Below, piece after piece: positions 1-10,282 of a stretch of 64,000 bases of DNA. The stretch lies in assembly GCA_050259235.1 (NCBI GenBank), contig JBLNAG010000001.1, positions 86,640-150,639 of the forward strand, read 5' to 3'. Every line of letters starts with the position of its first letter. Positions within the stretch are counted from its first letter, which is position 1. The notes under the pieces are model-generated. The model had not been told where the DNA came from. It ran no database searches and saw only the letters and a list, made by a program, of their open reading frames with translations. The stretch comes from Ignavibacteriales bacterium. Lineage in GTDB: Bacteria > Bacillota_I > Bacilli_A > RF39 > UBA660. The position numbers and the translations under genes were made by a program.

Positions 1-194
1 TATTTAGCATCAGCTTCAAAATAAAATTTAACAGTATCATTTTTTTGATAATTTGTATCATTACTTGCGGTTAAAATATAACCATTCTTATAAAATGTTT
101 TATAAGAATGATTATTTATATGAAACGAAATATAAAAAATCGCTCCTATCATTATACTAACTGAAACAATAATGAAAAAAACTTTTCCTTTCAT
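1..194 (-). CDS. Partial CDS (start near 194, runs off the window edge); small protein with an N-terminal transmembrane helix; hypothetical
   Basis: Own translation of the reverse strand gives MKGKVFFIIVSVSIMIGAIFYISFHINNHSYKTFYKNGYILTASNDTNYQKNDTVKFYFEADAK... It is not in the ORF track because it is truncated by the window edge. Confidence 0.3.
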   Translation of the reverse strand, partial: MKGKVFFIIVSVSIMIGAIFYISFHINNHSYKTFYKNGYILTASNDTNYQKNDTVKFYFEADAK

Positions 195-383
195 AATCCA
201 CACTCCTGTTATACTATTACTACTATAATTTATAATTCTTAATATATTTTAACACATTTCTACACAATTGACAATATTTTACAAAAAAAAACACTTTTTT
301 GTATTTTTTAACTAAAAATGTCGATTGAATTTGCTTTTTATTTCCTTTTGTGATATAGTATCTCATGCAAAAGAGGTGAGAAT

Positions 384-1010
384 ATGATTGAAATTAAAAC
401 AAAATATGATAATTTTACAAATAATAATATTTATACTTTTATTAATAAGGATAAAAATCAAATATTAAAATGGTATCTTGGGAATAATGGAGATTTATAT
501 TGGCACCTTGTAAACTTTCGAAATCAAATAAATAATGAAAGTCACGAATTTGAAATCTCTATTGAAGATTACCCATTATATCAAATAATTGAAAATTTAG
601 CGGCAGAAGTAAAAAACGGTGACATATTTATTAATGAATCTGGATTTAATATTAGTCATAGTAATATAAATTACCATATGAATGCTAGATATATTTCAAG
701 TGAAATTTATAATCCAAAATATGATGAATTAGTTTGGTTTAGTGATGATGAAAAAATACCTAACACTAATAGTGTATGGATTAGAAAAGAAGATAATTGT
801 TATCACTTATCATTTAATAATATATATAAAACACCTAGTACTTGTATTAGATTTAAAGTAAATGGAAGTTTTTATGGATCCGGTTATTTACCATTCTTAA
901 GAGCTTATAGTCGTGTTGAAAAGATTAAAGATAATCCTGTATTTGCTACATTTGCTGATGAACCAGTTGCAAAACAAAAAGTATTAGAAATTAAAAGAGA
1001 AGTTGCTTAA
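384..1010 (+). CDS. Hypothetical protein
   Basis: 208-aa ORF with RBS AAGAGGTGAG 7 nt upstream of the ATG; no recognisable motif. Confidence 0.5.
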   Translation: MIEIKTKYDNFTNNNIYTFINKDKNQILKWYLGNNGDLYWHLVNFRNQINNESHEFEISIEDYPLYQIIENLAAEVKNGDIFINESGFNISHSNINYHMNARYISSEIYNPKYDELVWFSDDEKIPNTNSVWIRKEDNCYHLSFNNIYKTPSTCIRFKVNGSFYGSGYLPFLRAYSRVEKIKDNPVFATFADEPVAKQKVLEIKREVA

Positions 1011-1022
1011 ACTTCTCTTTTT

Positions 1023-1700
1023 TTATTTTAGTGTTAACACTTTATCTTTCTCTAAATAATTAAATAATTCATCAAAAAATTCATATGAAAGATTAGATGA
1101 TGTTATTTGATCAATATATTCATTTTTTACCTTATAGCGACTTAGTACTTCTTTATCATTAAAGAAGTATTCTTCGTCAAATAAACATTCTATTATCATT
1201 GATTTTAATTGATTGTATATCTCCTTTTTTCTTTTATTGTTTTTAGATTGATTTGTTGATATAAAAGCACTATCAGTATCAATTAATTCAACTTTATTAT
1301 TAGGAGTAATTAGTACATTCTCACTATCTAAATCATCATAATAAATATTATTTAATATTAGTTCATTAATATTATCGTTAAGTTGTTTAAATTTATCAAT
1401 CCTATAAGAATGATCAGGAGAATTAATTAAGCTTTCAAAGTTAACAGAATTTCTATGATATATATGAACACATCCAATAAATTCATCCTTAAAATACACT
1501 CTTCCTAATGGTAGATGGGTATTTTTTATTAATGGTTGCATTTCTGATAATAATAATATTTTTCTTTCTAAAAATGCTTTAGGGGTATGATATATTTTTA
1601 ATACTTTATCTTTACTAAATTGAAATATTTCCGCTTCATTACTTTCCCCTACTTTAGGTAAAGTTATTACTTCATTTAAAAAAATATCATGTTCCTTCAT
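1023..1700 (-). CDS. Protein kinase-like / aminoglycoside-choline phosphotransferase family protein
   Basis: Gly-rich N-terminus followed by VLKIY (Lys of a VAIK-like motif). Catalytic-loop-like YDDLDSENVLI (HxDxxxxN pattern) and DFG-like LIDTDSA. Confidence 0.45.
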   Translation of the reverse strand: MKEHDIFLNEVITLPKVGESNEAEIFQFSKDKVLKIYHTPKAFLERKILLLSEMQPLIKNTHLPLGRVYFKDEFIGCVHIYHRNSVNFESLINSPDHSYRIDKFKQLNDNINELILNNIYYDDLDSENVLITPNNKVELIDTDSAFISTNQSKNNKRKKEIYNQLKSMIIECLFDEEYFFNDKEVLSRYKVKNEYIDQITSSNLSYEFFDELFNYLEKDKVLTLK

Positions 1701-1783
1701 TTTAACATCCCCTTTAGTAGGAAATATTATAACTGTTTTTTAAATTTTATCAAATAAGAGTATTTACAATTAATAAAAAAATA

Positions 1784-2212
1784 TTATTTTGTAATTAAAT
1801 AAATAATATTTTTAATTAATTTATCTTCATCTTGTTTAGTTCTTTTTTTAGGACCCTTTAGATGAGAATGCTTTCTTATTTTTGCTTTAACATGTCTAAT
1901 ATTCATTAAATAATCGATATTAGAGTTATCATATATCATTCCACTAGGATTAATAGCAAGTCCACCTTTACCTAAAACAAGAGTAGCTAGACCATAATCC
2001 TGGGTAATAACAATATCATTAATTTTAGCTTCATTAATAATGGCCATATCAACGCTTTGATATCCAGAATCAATTATATTAATAGTGCTGTAATTACTTG
2101 AAATACGATGGTTATAATCACAAAATATCAAACATTCAATATTATGATATAAAGCAATATCTTCAATCCTTGATATAGATGGACAAGCATCAGCATCAAT
2201 TATTATTCTCAT
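1784..2212 (-). CDS. yaiI: UPF0178/YaiI (DUF188) family protein
   Basis: The N-terminus MRIIIDADACP matches the conserved start of the YaiI/YqxD family (M.I.VDADACP); length ~140 aa. Confidence 0.7.
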   Translation of the reverse strand: MRIIIDADACPSISRIEDIALYHNIECLIFCDYNHRISSNYSTINIIDSGYQSVDMAIINEAKINDIVITQDYGLATLVLGKGGLAINPSGMIYDNSNIDYLMNIRHVKAKIRKHSHLKGPKKRTKQDEDKLIKNIIYLITK

Positions 2213-3584
2213 TTATACCTAAATGTTTAATAATGGCACTTGCTATACCATCAATATATTTATTTTGATTGTTTGTAAGATTATCAATATCAACTTTATT
2301 TTGAACATAACCTAATTCTAAGATATATGCTTCCATTCCAACATTGCTAAAACGATATGGATTTTCTATTTTATCATCATTATCACCATCAACATATGAT
2401 CCAGTCATCATACCGCCTGTTTCGCGAATCATGTAGTAATATGGAGTTTTAGTTGTAATAGTAGTATAAGGTTTTTGCTCCTTCTCTACTCTTTCTTCGT
2501 TATAATCAGTTATTTCAGCATTGGTAAAGGTTCTTGTATATATGCCGTCAGTAATGTAATTATGTTTGTTAGTAGAATAATTAGTACCAGATGCATTTTT
2601 AACACTTTCTGCTAATTCTTTAGCAAACGTATAATCAATGTTATTTGGTGTATATAATTCTAATCCATTTAAGTCATATGAATAACCACTATTTAAATGA
2701 ATTGAAAAGACAAATTTAGCATTTAAATTATACCCAGTAGTAACACGACCATTAGTGCCATATTCTACTACTTTTTCACTGCTCTTAACATCAGTCCAAC
2801 TAAGAGCTACTTTTAGGCCATAACTTTCTAACTTTTCCTTTAATGCCTTACTATATTTAACAGTAAAATCTGTTTCACATGGTACTGTTGAACGATAACA
2901 TGCACCAGGATCTATACCACCATGTCCTGGATCTATAACAATATCATAAATGCTTTCACTATCAGATTTATCAATAGCAAAACTAATAGTATTTAAATCG
3001 TTATTTGAGTCAATTGCAATTCTATATTTATTTCCTATTGGATAATACTCAGTATTTTTATATGTTGTTGTATTGTTCAATAAATAATACTTACTTTCAT
3101 CGTGTTTATAAAAAACCTTTAAAAAAACATAGTAATCTTTTATATCAAAGTTATCTAAATTGATACCATTATTTAGTTTATCCCCTACTACAAAACTTAT
3201 ATTATTTCCTTCAATATTAGTTTTTAAGTCGTAATATTGATCTTCTCCATCGTATAAAACTAATTTAGCATTTTCAATCTCTAAAGTTGGATATAATATT
3301 TCAATACCCGCAAATTTTTCACTATGTGCATTAACACTATTAGTTAGAGATATACTACCTGACATATTTAAATGATTACCATATATATATATATTATTAA
3401 TATTAACTATTTCTTCTTCAATATTTAATTTATCCTCTTCGCTTTTACTTAAAAATGAAGGTACTTCATTTTCATTTTTATTTACTACTTCTGCATAAAA
3501 GCTACCAATTATCAATATAACTATAATTATAATTCTCTTTATCATTCGCTGTATTCCCTCTTTCTGGAATAAGTACATCCACAA
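2196..3584 (-). CDS. N-acetylmuramoyl-L-alanine amidase (Amidase_3/MurNAc-LAA) with N-terminal membrane anchor
   Basis: DIVIDPGHGGIDPGA and FSIHLNS motifs typical of Amidase_3 (CwlD/AmiC type); hydrophobic N-terminus. Confidence 0.8.
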   Translation of the reverse strand: MWMYLFQKEGIQRMIKRIIIIVILIIGSFYAEVVNKNENEVPSFLSKSEEDKLNIEEEIVNINNIYIYGNHLNMSGSISLTNSVNAHSEKFAGIEILYPTLEIENAKLVLYDGEDQYYDLKTNIEGNNISFVVGDKLNNGINLDNFDIKDYYVFLKVFYKHDESKYYLLNNTTTYKNTEYYPIGNKYRIAIDSNNDLNTISFAIDKSDSESIYDIVIDPGHGGIDPGACYRSTVPCETDFTVKYSKALKEKLESYGLKVALSWTDVKSSEKVVEYGTNGRVTTGYNLNAKFVFSIHLNSGYSYDLNGLELYTPNNIDYTFAKELAESVKNASGTNYSTNKHNYITDGIYTRTFTNAEITDYNEERVEKEQKPYTTITTKTPYYYMIRETGGMMTGSYVDGDNDDKIENPYRFSNVGMEAYILELGYVQNKVDIDNLTNNQNKYIDGIASAIIKHLGINENNN

Positions 3585-4165
3585 TAATCTTGGCGATATA
3601 GTTGATATTTTTTAGATAGTTCTATTGATTTTTTATATCCATCATTCTTTTTAAAATCACTATATAAGTACTTAATTTTATATTCATTTTCTAGATTTTT
3701 ACCAATGTTGTTTAGTACACTAGCATTTTTATACGGACTAATTGATAAAGTAGTAGTAAAGTAGTCAAAATTTAATTCTAAAGCTTTTTTTGCAGTTTCT
3801 TCTAATCTAAGATTGAAACATTTAAAACAACGCTTTCCGCCTTCCTTTTCTTCTTCTAAACCCTTAATCATTTCTTCATATATATTATTATCATAATTTC
3901 CTTCAATAATTTTGACATCATTATTAAATTCATTTACAAATCTATCAAGTTCAATAATTCTTTTATCATATTCTTCCTTTGGTGCAATGTTTGGATTGTA
4001 AAAAAATAAACTAATATTAAAATAACTAGAAAGATATTCCAATACGTAACTACTACATGGTGCACAGCATACATGTAACAAAAGTTTTGGTTTGTAATCT
4101 AATTTTTTTATTTCATCGATTGTCTTATTTAATATTAGTTGATAATTATCTTTCATATACAACAC
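3542..4165 (-). CDS. queH: Epoxyqueuosine reductase QueH (DUF208)
   Basis: LLLHVCCAPCSSYV and KRCFKC...CGC Cys motifs characteristic of QueH. Confidence 0.8.
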   Translation of the reverse strand: MLYMKDNYQLILNKTIDEIKKLDYKPKLLLHVCCAPCSSYVLEYLSSYFNISLFFYNPNIAPKEEYDKRIIELDRFVNEFNNDVKIIEGNYDNNIYEEMIKGLEEEKEGGKRCFKCFNLRLEETAKKALELNFDYFTTTLSISPYKNASVLNNIGKNLENEYKIKYLYSDFKKNDGYKKSIELSKKYQLYRQDYCGCTYSRKREYSE

Positions 4166-4225
4166 CTATTTTTATTATATCACAAAATGATAATATGATA
4201 ATGCAAAATGTATTTAAATGTCTTA

Positions 4226-4840
4226 TTAATTATAATTGGAATATGCTTTAATAAATTCAATTAAAGAGTCACATATTTTTTTACATTTTTCTATAGCATT
4301 ACAATCTCTAAATTTGTGGTTAATTTCAATTTGAATAATATCAATATCATTATTTTCAAAAATATGTTTAGTTATTCCACCGCCGCAAAAAGGTTCATTA
4401 TATTTAATATTATTAATGCCATTACGATTAAAGCAATCTTTTAATGTATTTTGTGTATTTATATCAATCGTCATATTTTTTAAAGTCCCAAATTCAACAT
4501 CAAAATCTCTATCAGCAGCAGCACCATGAATATCAATTAATAATTTAATATTGTTTTTATTGATTTTATGATTTAATACCTCTTTAAATTCATCTAAATT
4601 AGTAGAATTAGAATCTACTCCATTATCAATTGATTTGATCATATAATAACTGTTAACAATATTTCCTACATACTGACATATGGCTGAAGTATAAGATTCA
4701 CCATATTTAATGCCATCTTCTTTTTGTTGTTCAACAGTATGTACAGCTGTTAGTATAACAGGTACTTTACCTTCTTTTATCATATATGAAAATGTTTTAA
4801 CATTATTCTCATAATCATTAATTGTTTTATTGAAATCCAT
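4226..4840 (-). CDS. Putative zinc amidohydrolase (N-formylglutamate amidohydrolase-like)
   Basis: Weak resemblance only: LTAVHTV and LIDIHG His motifs. Assignment is tentative. Confidence 0.3.
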   Translation of the reverse strand: MDFNKTINDYENNVKTFSYMIKEGKVPVILTAVHTVEQQKEDGIKYGESYTSAICQYVGNIVNSYYMIKSIDNGVDSNSTNLDEFKEVLNHKINKNNIKLLIDIHGAAADRDFDVEFGTLKNMTIDINTQNTLKDCFNRNGINNIKYNEPFCGGGITKHIFENNDIDIIQIEINHKFRDCNAIEKCKKICDSLIEFIKAYSNYN

Positions 4841-4899
4841 ATATTTTACCTCCTATATTTTAATAATTATAACATGAAAAATATTATAATAAAAAGAAT

Positions 4900-5295
4900 C
4901 TAATGTAGATTCTCTTTTTTTTCAATAAATATTTTTCTTGTTACAAAATTCCATACCATAACTATTCCAGTTGCGACTATCTTAGTAAGCATGTAATATA
5001 CATGCATTAATTCAACCATAGTGTACATTACTAATTGATTGATACCTAATCCAATAATACTACCAATTATAAAGATAATAAAATGTTTCCTACTTTCTTT
5101 TTTATCTGTTTCAAAAACAAATTTAATACTAGCAATATAATTAAATATTAGTGAAATTGTAAAAGAAATAATAGACGAAACCAAATAATATATGCCACAA
5201 TATTCAGTTAAAATATATAGTAATGAATAGTCAATTAGGAAAGCAATTCCGCCTACTACTAAAAATTTAAATATTTGTTTCGTTAGTTTATTCAT
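4900..5295 (-). CDS. gtrA: GtrA family small membrane protein (putative lipid-linked sugar flippase component)
   Basis: 131 aa with 4 predicted TM helices and the VVGGIAFLIDY GtrA-like start; immediately downstream of a GT2 gene. Confidence 0.7.
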   Translation of the reverse strand: MNKLTKQIFKFLVVGGIAFLIDYSLLYILTEYCGIYYLVSSIISFTISLIFNYIASIKFVFETDKKESRKHFIIFIIGSIIGLGINQLVMYTMVELMHVYYMLTKIVATGIVMVWNFVTRKIFIEKKENLH

Positions 5296-6217
5296 GTTTC
5301 CTCAAGTTATTTAAAAGTAATTCAAATAGTTGTTTATGTTTTTTAACTATTACTTGTAAGATAATACCACATATCCATAACAATGCAGCTAACATCATTA
5401 AGAATCCTGAGAATATTAATGTTGGATATCTAGGAACTAATCCTGTTTTAAAATATTCAATGAACACTGGAGTGCCAAAAGCAATTGATAATAATGCTAA
5501 TAATAAGGCTACCATACTGAAAAATATAGCAGGTTTATATTCTTTAAATAAAGTTGCAATTGTTTTTAATACTTTAAATCCATCTTTATATGTATTTAAT
5601 TTTGATACGCTACCTTCAGGACGATCACGATAACTTACAGGTACTTCTACTAACATAAAGTTTTTATCTACAGCATGAATAGTCATTTCTGTTTCTATTT
5701 CAAATCCCTTAGATAATACTGGGAATGTTTTAACAAATTCGTAACTAAATGCGCGGTAACCAGTCATGATATCATGAACATTATTGTTAAATAGTTTATT
5801 AATTAAAAATCTTACTATCTTATTACCAAAGTTATGAAATGCTCTTTTATTTTCAGTAAAATATGTTGAAGATAAACGATCTCCAATAACCATATCTGCT
5901 CTTCCTTCTAGAATATAGTTACACATTTCTAAAGCATTTTCAGCTGGATATGTATCATCACCATCAATCATTAAATAGCAGTCTGCATCAATTTGACGGA
6001 ACATACTTCTAATAACATTTCCTTTACCTTGTTTATATTCATATCTAACTATAGCACCAGCTTTTTTAGCAATTTCATCAGTTTTATCTTTTGAATTATT
6101 ATCATAGACATAGATATCTGCATCTGGCAAAACCTTCTTATAATCAGTTATTACTTTCTTTATTGTTTTACTTTCATTGTAACAAGGAATTAATACAGCA
6201 ATTTTTTTATTTTTCAT
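5288..6217 (-). CDS. GT2 polyprenyl-phosphate glycosyltransferase (GtrB/CsbB/DPM1-like) with two C-terminal TM helices
   Basis: IAVLIPCYNESKTI and DGDDTYP motifs (DXD); C-terminal hydrophobic tail as in GtrB. Confidence 0.8.
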   Translation of the reverse strand: MKNKKIAVLIPCYNESKTIKKVITDYKKVLPDADIYVYDNNSKDKTDEIAKKAGAIVRYEYKQGKGNVIRSMFRQIDADCYLMIDGDDTYPAENALEMCNYILEGRADMVIGDRLSSTYFTENKRAFHNFGNKIVRFLINKLFNNNVHDIMTGYRAFSYEFVKTFPVLSKGFEIETEMTIHAVDKNFMLVEVPVSYRDRPEGSVSKLNTYKDGFKVLKTIATLFKEYKPAIFFSMVALLLALLSIAFGTPVFIEYFKTGLVPRYPTLIFSGFLMMLAALLWICGIILQVIVKKHKQLFELLLNNLRKHE

Positions 6218-8060
6218 GTTTCACTTCTCCTTCAAAACTTTTTTTATTAATATTTATAAACATTGCTATTAAAATTGGGATTGAAAATATATATGGCATT
6301 GCATACCTGAAATATGTGTTGGCTGGTGAAGCTACACATATTAACAATAAAGCTAAACTAGGTAGTAAGTAAATTAAATATTTTCGTTTATTTAGTACTA
6401 AAAGATAAATAGCCATTGTCATAATCATCCATCCACAGAATGCAATATTAACTATCATTCCAACAATTGGAAAATATGGATACATTATTCCTAAATAACT
6501 TAAATTTTTACACATTCCATTTAAACTATTATAATGATAATTAAATAATCCAGTTTCTTCTAATCTTGAATCATATTTATGGTATATATACCACTTGCTA
6601 GTATTAGGATAAAAGTACCCATAAGTATTATTAATGGTAGCCTCAGTATAAATACATGGACGATTCATAAAGCCTTTAAACCATACTTTAAAGTAATTTT
6701 TCAAGTCCTCACTTGTATAATCTTTATTAAACTGATTTTTAACTGGATCAGATAATATTGGATTATATCTACTAGCTAATGTCTCATAATCTAATAATTT
6801 ATCAACTATTTCAATATCTTCCTTTGTTAGATGATTATAATACTTAATATATCTAGCTGTTTGTTGAAAAGGAATAGAAAGAATCTCTCTAATACTTCCA
6901 GGTGTAATATGTAAGGCAGGTAATAAAATTTTGTTGTAACCTTGAAATAATAATATTGGAATAATTAAAATAATACCAAGTTTAATACGATTCTTTTTTT
7001 CTATTAAGAATAAGAATGGAAATGATAATATTATCATATATATACCATTATTTCTAAATAACATAATTAGTAATAGTAATAAAGTATATAAAATTATTTG
7101 TTTTATTTTAATATTTTGCTTATTAATTATTTCAAATAACATAATTGTATATAGAATAACTAAAGATGTAAAAATGGTATCTTTAACTGCGGACATCGCA
7201 TAAAAAGGAAATACTGGGACAAGTGCATATATAATTAAAACTATTGTTCTTAACCAATATGGTGTATTTAATTTCTTCATATATTTAATAGTAAAAGCTA
7301 AGACTGATACTAAGATACTTATTTGAATTATACTATATATGAACAATCCAAAATTATCTGAACCTAGCATTCTACCAATCTTTACTGATCCTCCAAGTAA
7401 GGCTGTATGTAATACCGGATGATGATTTGTTATTAAAACATTTTCATCAATTAAATTAACGCCTTCAATATAATGAGTTTCAAGTCCAAAAAATTGTTTA
7501 ATTTGGTTACTAGGATCTGGTGATAAAATTGCTGGATAAAAAGCAATAATATAAGGTAACCAACAGATTAACATGATTAATATACTACTCAGCATCGGAT
7601 GATCTTCAAATATTAACTTTGACCATTTATTAGGAATTTTTAAGTTAAATATCTTAGTGTTATTAATAAAATCAAAGATAATATTAATAGTACATAAAAT
7701 TAAATTATAATATCCGAATATTAAAACACATGAGATTAGAAAATTACTAATACTTCCCATAACTAAATTCCAATTACCAATTTCCTCATAACTATTACCT
7801 ACTACTAAGAATAACGAAAAAAGTAATGATAGTATTTTGAAACTAAGCTTGCTTTTGATATTTTTAAAATAGTATTTATTATAAAATTGATAAATTAAAA
7901 TACTGACTACAAATATGGTAAAACTACGACCTTTTAGAATAGCAAGTGGATTACTTTTACCAATCATATTAACATCTAAGAAAAATGAAAGGGTTGTAAT
8001 GATTGAAAGTAATAATAAAATAAATATTCTGAAATACTTATTGTTTTTGATATTAGTCAT
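6207..8060 (-). CDS. Large polytopic membrane protein, putative GT-C-type glycosyltransferase (GtrC/YfhO-like role)
   Basis: 617 aa with >12 hydrophobic segments; first gene of the membrane-protein/GT2/GtrA operon. Role assigned by synteny only. Confidence 0.45.
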   Translation of the reverse strand: MTNIKNNKYFRIFILLLLSIITTLSFFLDVNMIGKSNPLAILKGRSFTIFVVSILIYQFYNKYYFKNIKSKLSFKILSLLFSLFLVVGNSYEEIGNWNLVMGSISNFLISCVLIFGYYNLILCTINIIFDFINNTKIFNLKIPNKWSKLIFEDHPMLSSILIMLICWLPYIIAFYPAILSPDPSNQIKQFFGLETHYIEGVNLIDENVLITNHHPVLHTALLGGSVKIGRMLGSDNFGLFIYSIIQISILVSVLAFTIKYMKKLNTPYWLRTIVLIIYALVPVFPFYAMSAVKDTIFTSLVILYTIMLFEIINKQNIKIKQIILYTLLLLLIMLFRNNGIYMIILSFPFLFLIEKKNRIKLGIILIIPILLFQGYNKILLPALHITPGSIREILSIPFQQTARYIKYYNHLTKEDIEIVDKLLDYETLASRYNPILSDPVKNQFNKDYTSEDLKNYFKVWFKGFMNRPCIYTEATINNTYGYFYPNTSKWYIYHKYDSRLEETGLFNYHYNSLNGMCKNLSYLGIMYPYFPIVGMIVNIAFCGWMIMTMAIYLLVLNKRKYLIYLLPSLALLLICVASPANTYFRYAMPYIFSIPILIAMFININKKSFEGEVKHEK

Positions 8061-8122
8061 AGTAAAACCTCCGTCAATATTATACCATATTTTAACATAA
8101 AAAAAGATACTTAATTAAGTAT

Positions 8123-9331
8123 CTAAATTTTTCTTGTTAATACTTTTCCTTCAGAAAATTTACAGTCAGATGAGCATTCATAATCTGGGAAAGTACATCT
8201 TGCTCCTTTAGTATATTTGATAATATCATCTTTTAAAGGATGATTATTTTTCTTAAGAGCTTCTTGATATTTCAATAAATTAGCTCTAGTTTGATTACAT
8301 ACTTCTACTTGGACCGCAGAGCATAATCTTTCTTTGCATTTTAAGATAAAGTTATCATATGTTCCTCTTTCAGTAACGTCAACAAGAGTACCTTGAGGTA
8401 TAACATTTTCAATTGATTTTATATCATTTAACCATTCTTCAGTTAATTCTTTATTATCTAGGAGAATTGGTGGTATAAAGTATTCTTTAGTTTTAGAAAA
8501 CTTAAATTCATAACTAAGTGTTCTATGTCTTTGAGCATCAGCTAAATGAGCAAATGTTGCTTTATATTTAACACAATATGATTCTCCAAATTCTTCTACT
8601 TTATCACGTTTAGATAACAATGAGAAACTCCTATCTTTACGATTAGTTTGTAATCTATCATCTAAAACATTAAGTTTTGTAAAAATATCAATAAATTCTT
8701 TAAGATATGGAATTAATTTTTCTTCTAATTCACTAACAGGATTATTAATAATTCGTCTCATAAAGGCGACAACACGATTTAATTGTGCAAGGGGTATGGT
8801 ATGTATTAATCTTGTTGGCATAAATATAGTTACAAGATATCTGCAGTTTTCTTGTGCTAGTTTTTGTATTTTAAAATCTTTTAAAACATTACCATATTTT
8901 TCTTTAATGAGAGGCTTTAATATCTCCATCCATTTCATATATAATTGCTCTTCTTTTTCAGATATAACGGTATGATCAGTACCTACTACGATTGTATAGC
9001 GACCTGACTTTTCACTTGTATTATATTGTTTTTCATTATTTAATATCATAACTAATATCTTAGGAATGTTAACTATTTCAAAAGTAATATTTACGTGATC
9101 ATATACTGAATGGTGTTCATTTTCAATTGTTATTTTTTCACGCTTATTTGTTTGTTCTATAGGCTCATTTTTTAATTTTGACCACCCATCAGGTTCATAA
9201 CATTCTCCAGCTATTTTAGCACTAAAGCTAATAGCTTCTTTCAAATCAAAACCAATGATTTCTCCAGCTTCATTTCTCTTTAAAAATGGTGTGTTAGGTA
9301 ATAGTTCAACCTTCATTCTTCCTTCTTCCAT
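8123..9331 (-). CDS. ThyX (Thy1/FAD-dependent thymidylate synthase) family-like protein, atypical
   Basis: MKVELL start, HHSVYDHVNITFEIVN and SEKSGRY match the ThyX core, but the first RHR motif is replaced by NNE. A single RHRTLSYE motif occurs later. Length is 402 aa against ~220 typical, with a Cys-rich C-terminus. Confidence 0.45.
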   Translation of the reverse strand: MEEGRMKVELLPNTPFLKRNEAGEIIGFDLKEAISFSAKIAGECYEPDGWSKLKNEPIEQTNKREKITIENEHHSVYDHVNITFEIVNIPKILVMILNNEKQYNTSEKSGRYTIVVGTDHTVISEKEEQLYMKWMEILKPLIKEKYGNVLKDFKIQKLAQENCRYLVTIFMPTRLIHTIPLAQLNRVVAFMRRIINNPVSELEEKLIPYLKEFIDIFTKLNVLDDRLQTNRKDRSFSLLSKRDKVEEFGESYCVKYKATFAHLADAQRHRTLSYEFKFSKTKEYFIPPILLDNKELTEEWLNDIKSIENVIPQGTLVDVTERGTYDNFILKCKERLCSAVQVEVCNQTRANLLKYQEALKKNNHPLKDDIIKYTKGARCTFPDYECSSDCKFSEGKVLTRKI

Positions 9332-9408
9332 AAAAACCTCCTACATATCATATGTTCGGTATCCTACCTTTTTAATTGTACCACATAATAAAAAAAATTG
9401 ACATATTT

Positions 9409-10281
9409 TTATGCAACTTTTTTAATACTTAAATTATTTAACCAACTTAGTTCATGTAAATCAATGTTTTCTTGTTTAATAATATTTTGATTTTCAGTTC
9501 CGTGATAATCACTTCCCCCACTTATTAACAATTTATGTTTATAGCAAAAGTCAATATACTCTACTGTTTCTTCATTGGAGTGAATTGGATAGTAGCACTC
9601 TACTCCATCAATATCAGTATTGGCAAATAAATCACCTATAAAAGCAATCTTATCATTTATTGTTTTATATTGACCTGGTTGAGCAAGAAATGCAAGTCCT
9701 CCAGCTTCGTGAATTTTATTTACTACCTCTTCAGATGTAATTGCTAAACTTTCTTCTGAAACATAAAATGGACTATTCTTATCACAAAATGTTTTACGAT
9801 AAAAAGTACTAGCATTACTTAGAATATTTGCACCTAATATTTGAACATTATGATCATAATACTTACGAAGTAAATCATATAATACTGATCCTGCCCATTC
9901 TCCAGGTTTAAGTGCATATTCATCATACTTTAATCTTAAAGATTTAGATACTTCTATTCCTTTACTGTATGCATATTGTTGGAATGTTATAATTTTCATT
10001 TTATTGCTATTTAAATATGATTTTATAATTTCAGGATCAATATTTATTCCTAATATTTCAATTGGCAATCCCTTATGAATACATTTAACTTCAACCCCTT
10101 GAATTAATTTGCCAGTATAATATTCTTCAATATTAACCCCTTTTAATTTATCATAAACATTAACGGTATCATGATCAGTAATAGAAGCAATTCTTACTCC
10201 ATTAGCTTCTAATTTTTTTAATAATTCAATCGGCTCTAAAATGCCATCAGAACAATTAGTATGTAAGTGCAAATTTATCAT
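9409..10281 (-). CDS. PHP-domain metal-dependent phosphoesterase
   Basis: MINLHLHTNCSDG and ITDHDT motifs of the PHP family. Confidence 0.75.
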   Translation of the reverse strand: MINLHLHTNCSDGILEPIELLKKLEANGVRIASITDHDTVNVYDKLKGVNIEEYYTGKLIQGVEVKCIHKGLPIEILGINIDPEIIKSYLNSNKMKIITFQQYAYSKGIEVSKSLRLKYDEYALKPGEWAGSVLYDLLRKYYDHNVQILGANILSNASTFYRKTFCDKNSPFYVSEESLAITSEEVVNKIHEAGGLAFLAQPGQYKTINDKIAFIGDLFANTDIDGVECYYPIHSNEETVEYIDFCYKHKLLISGGSDYHGTENQNIIKQENIDLHELSWLNNLSIKKVA

Positions 10282-10282
10282 C

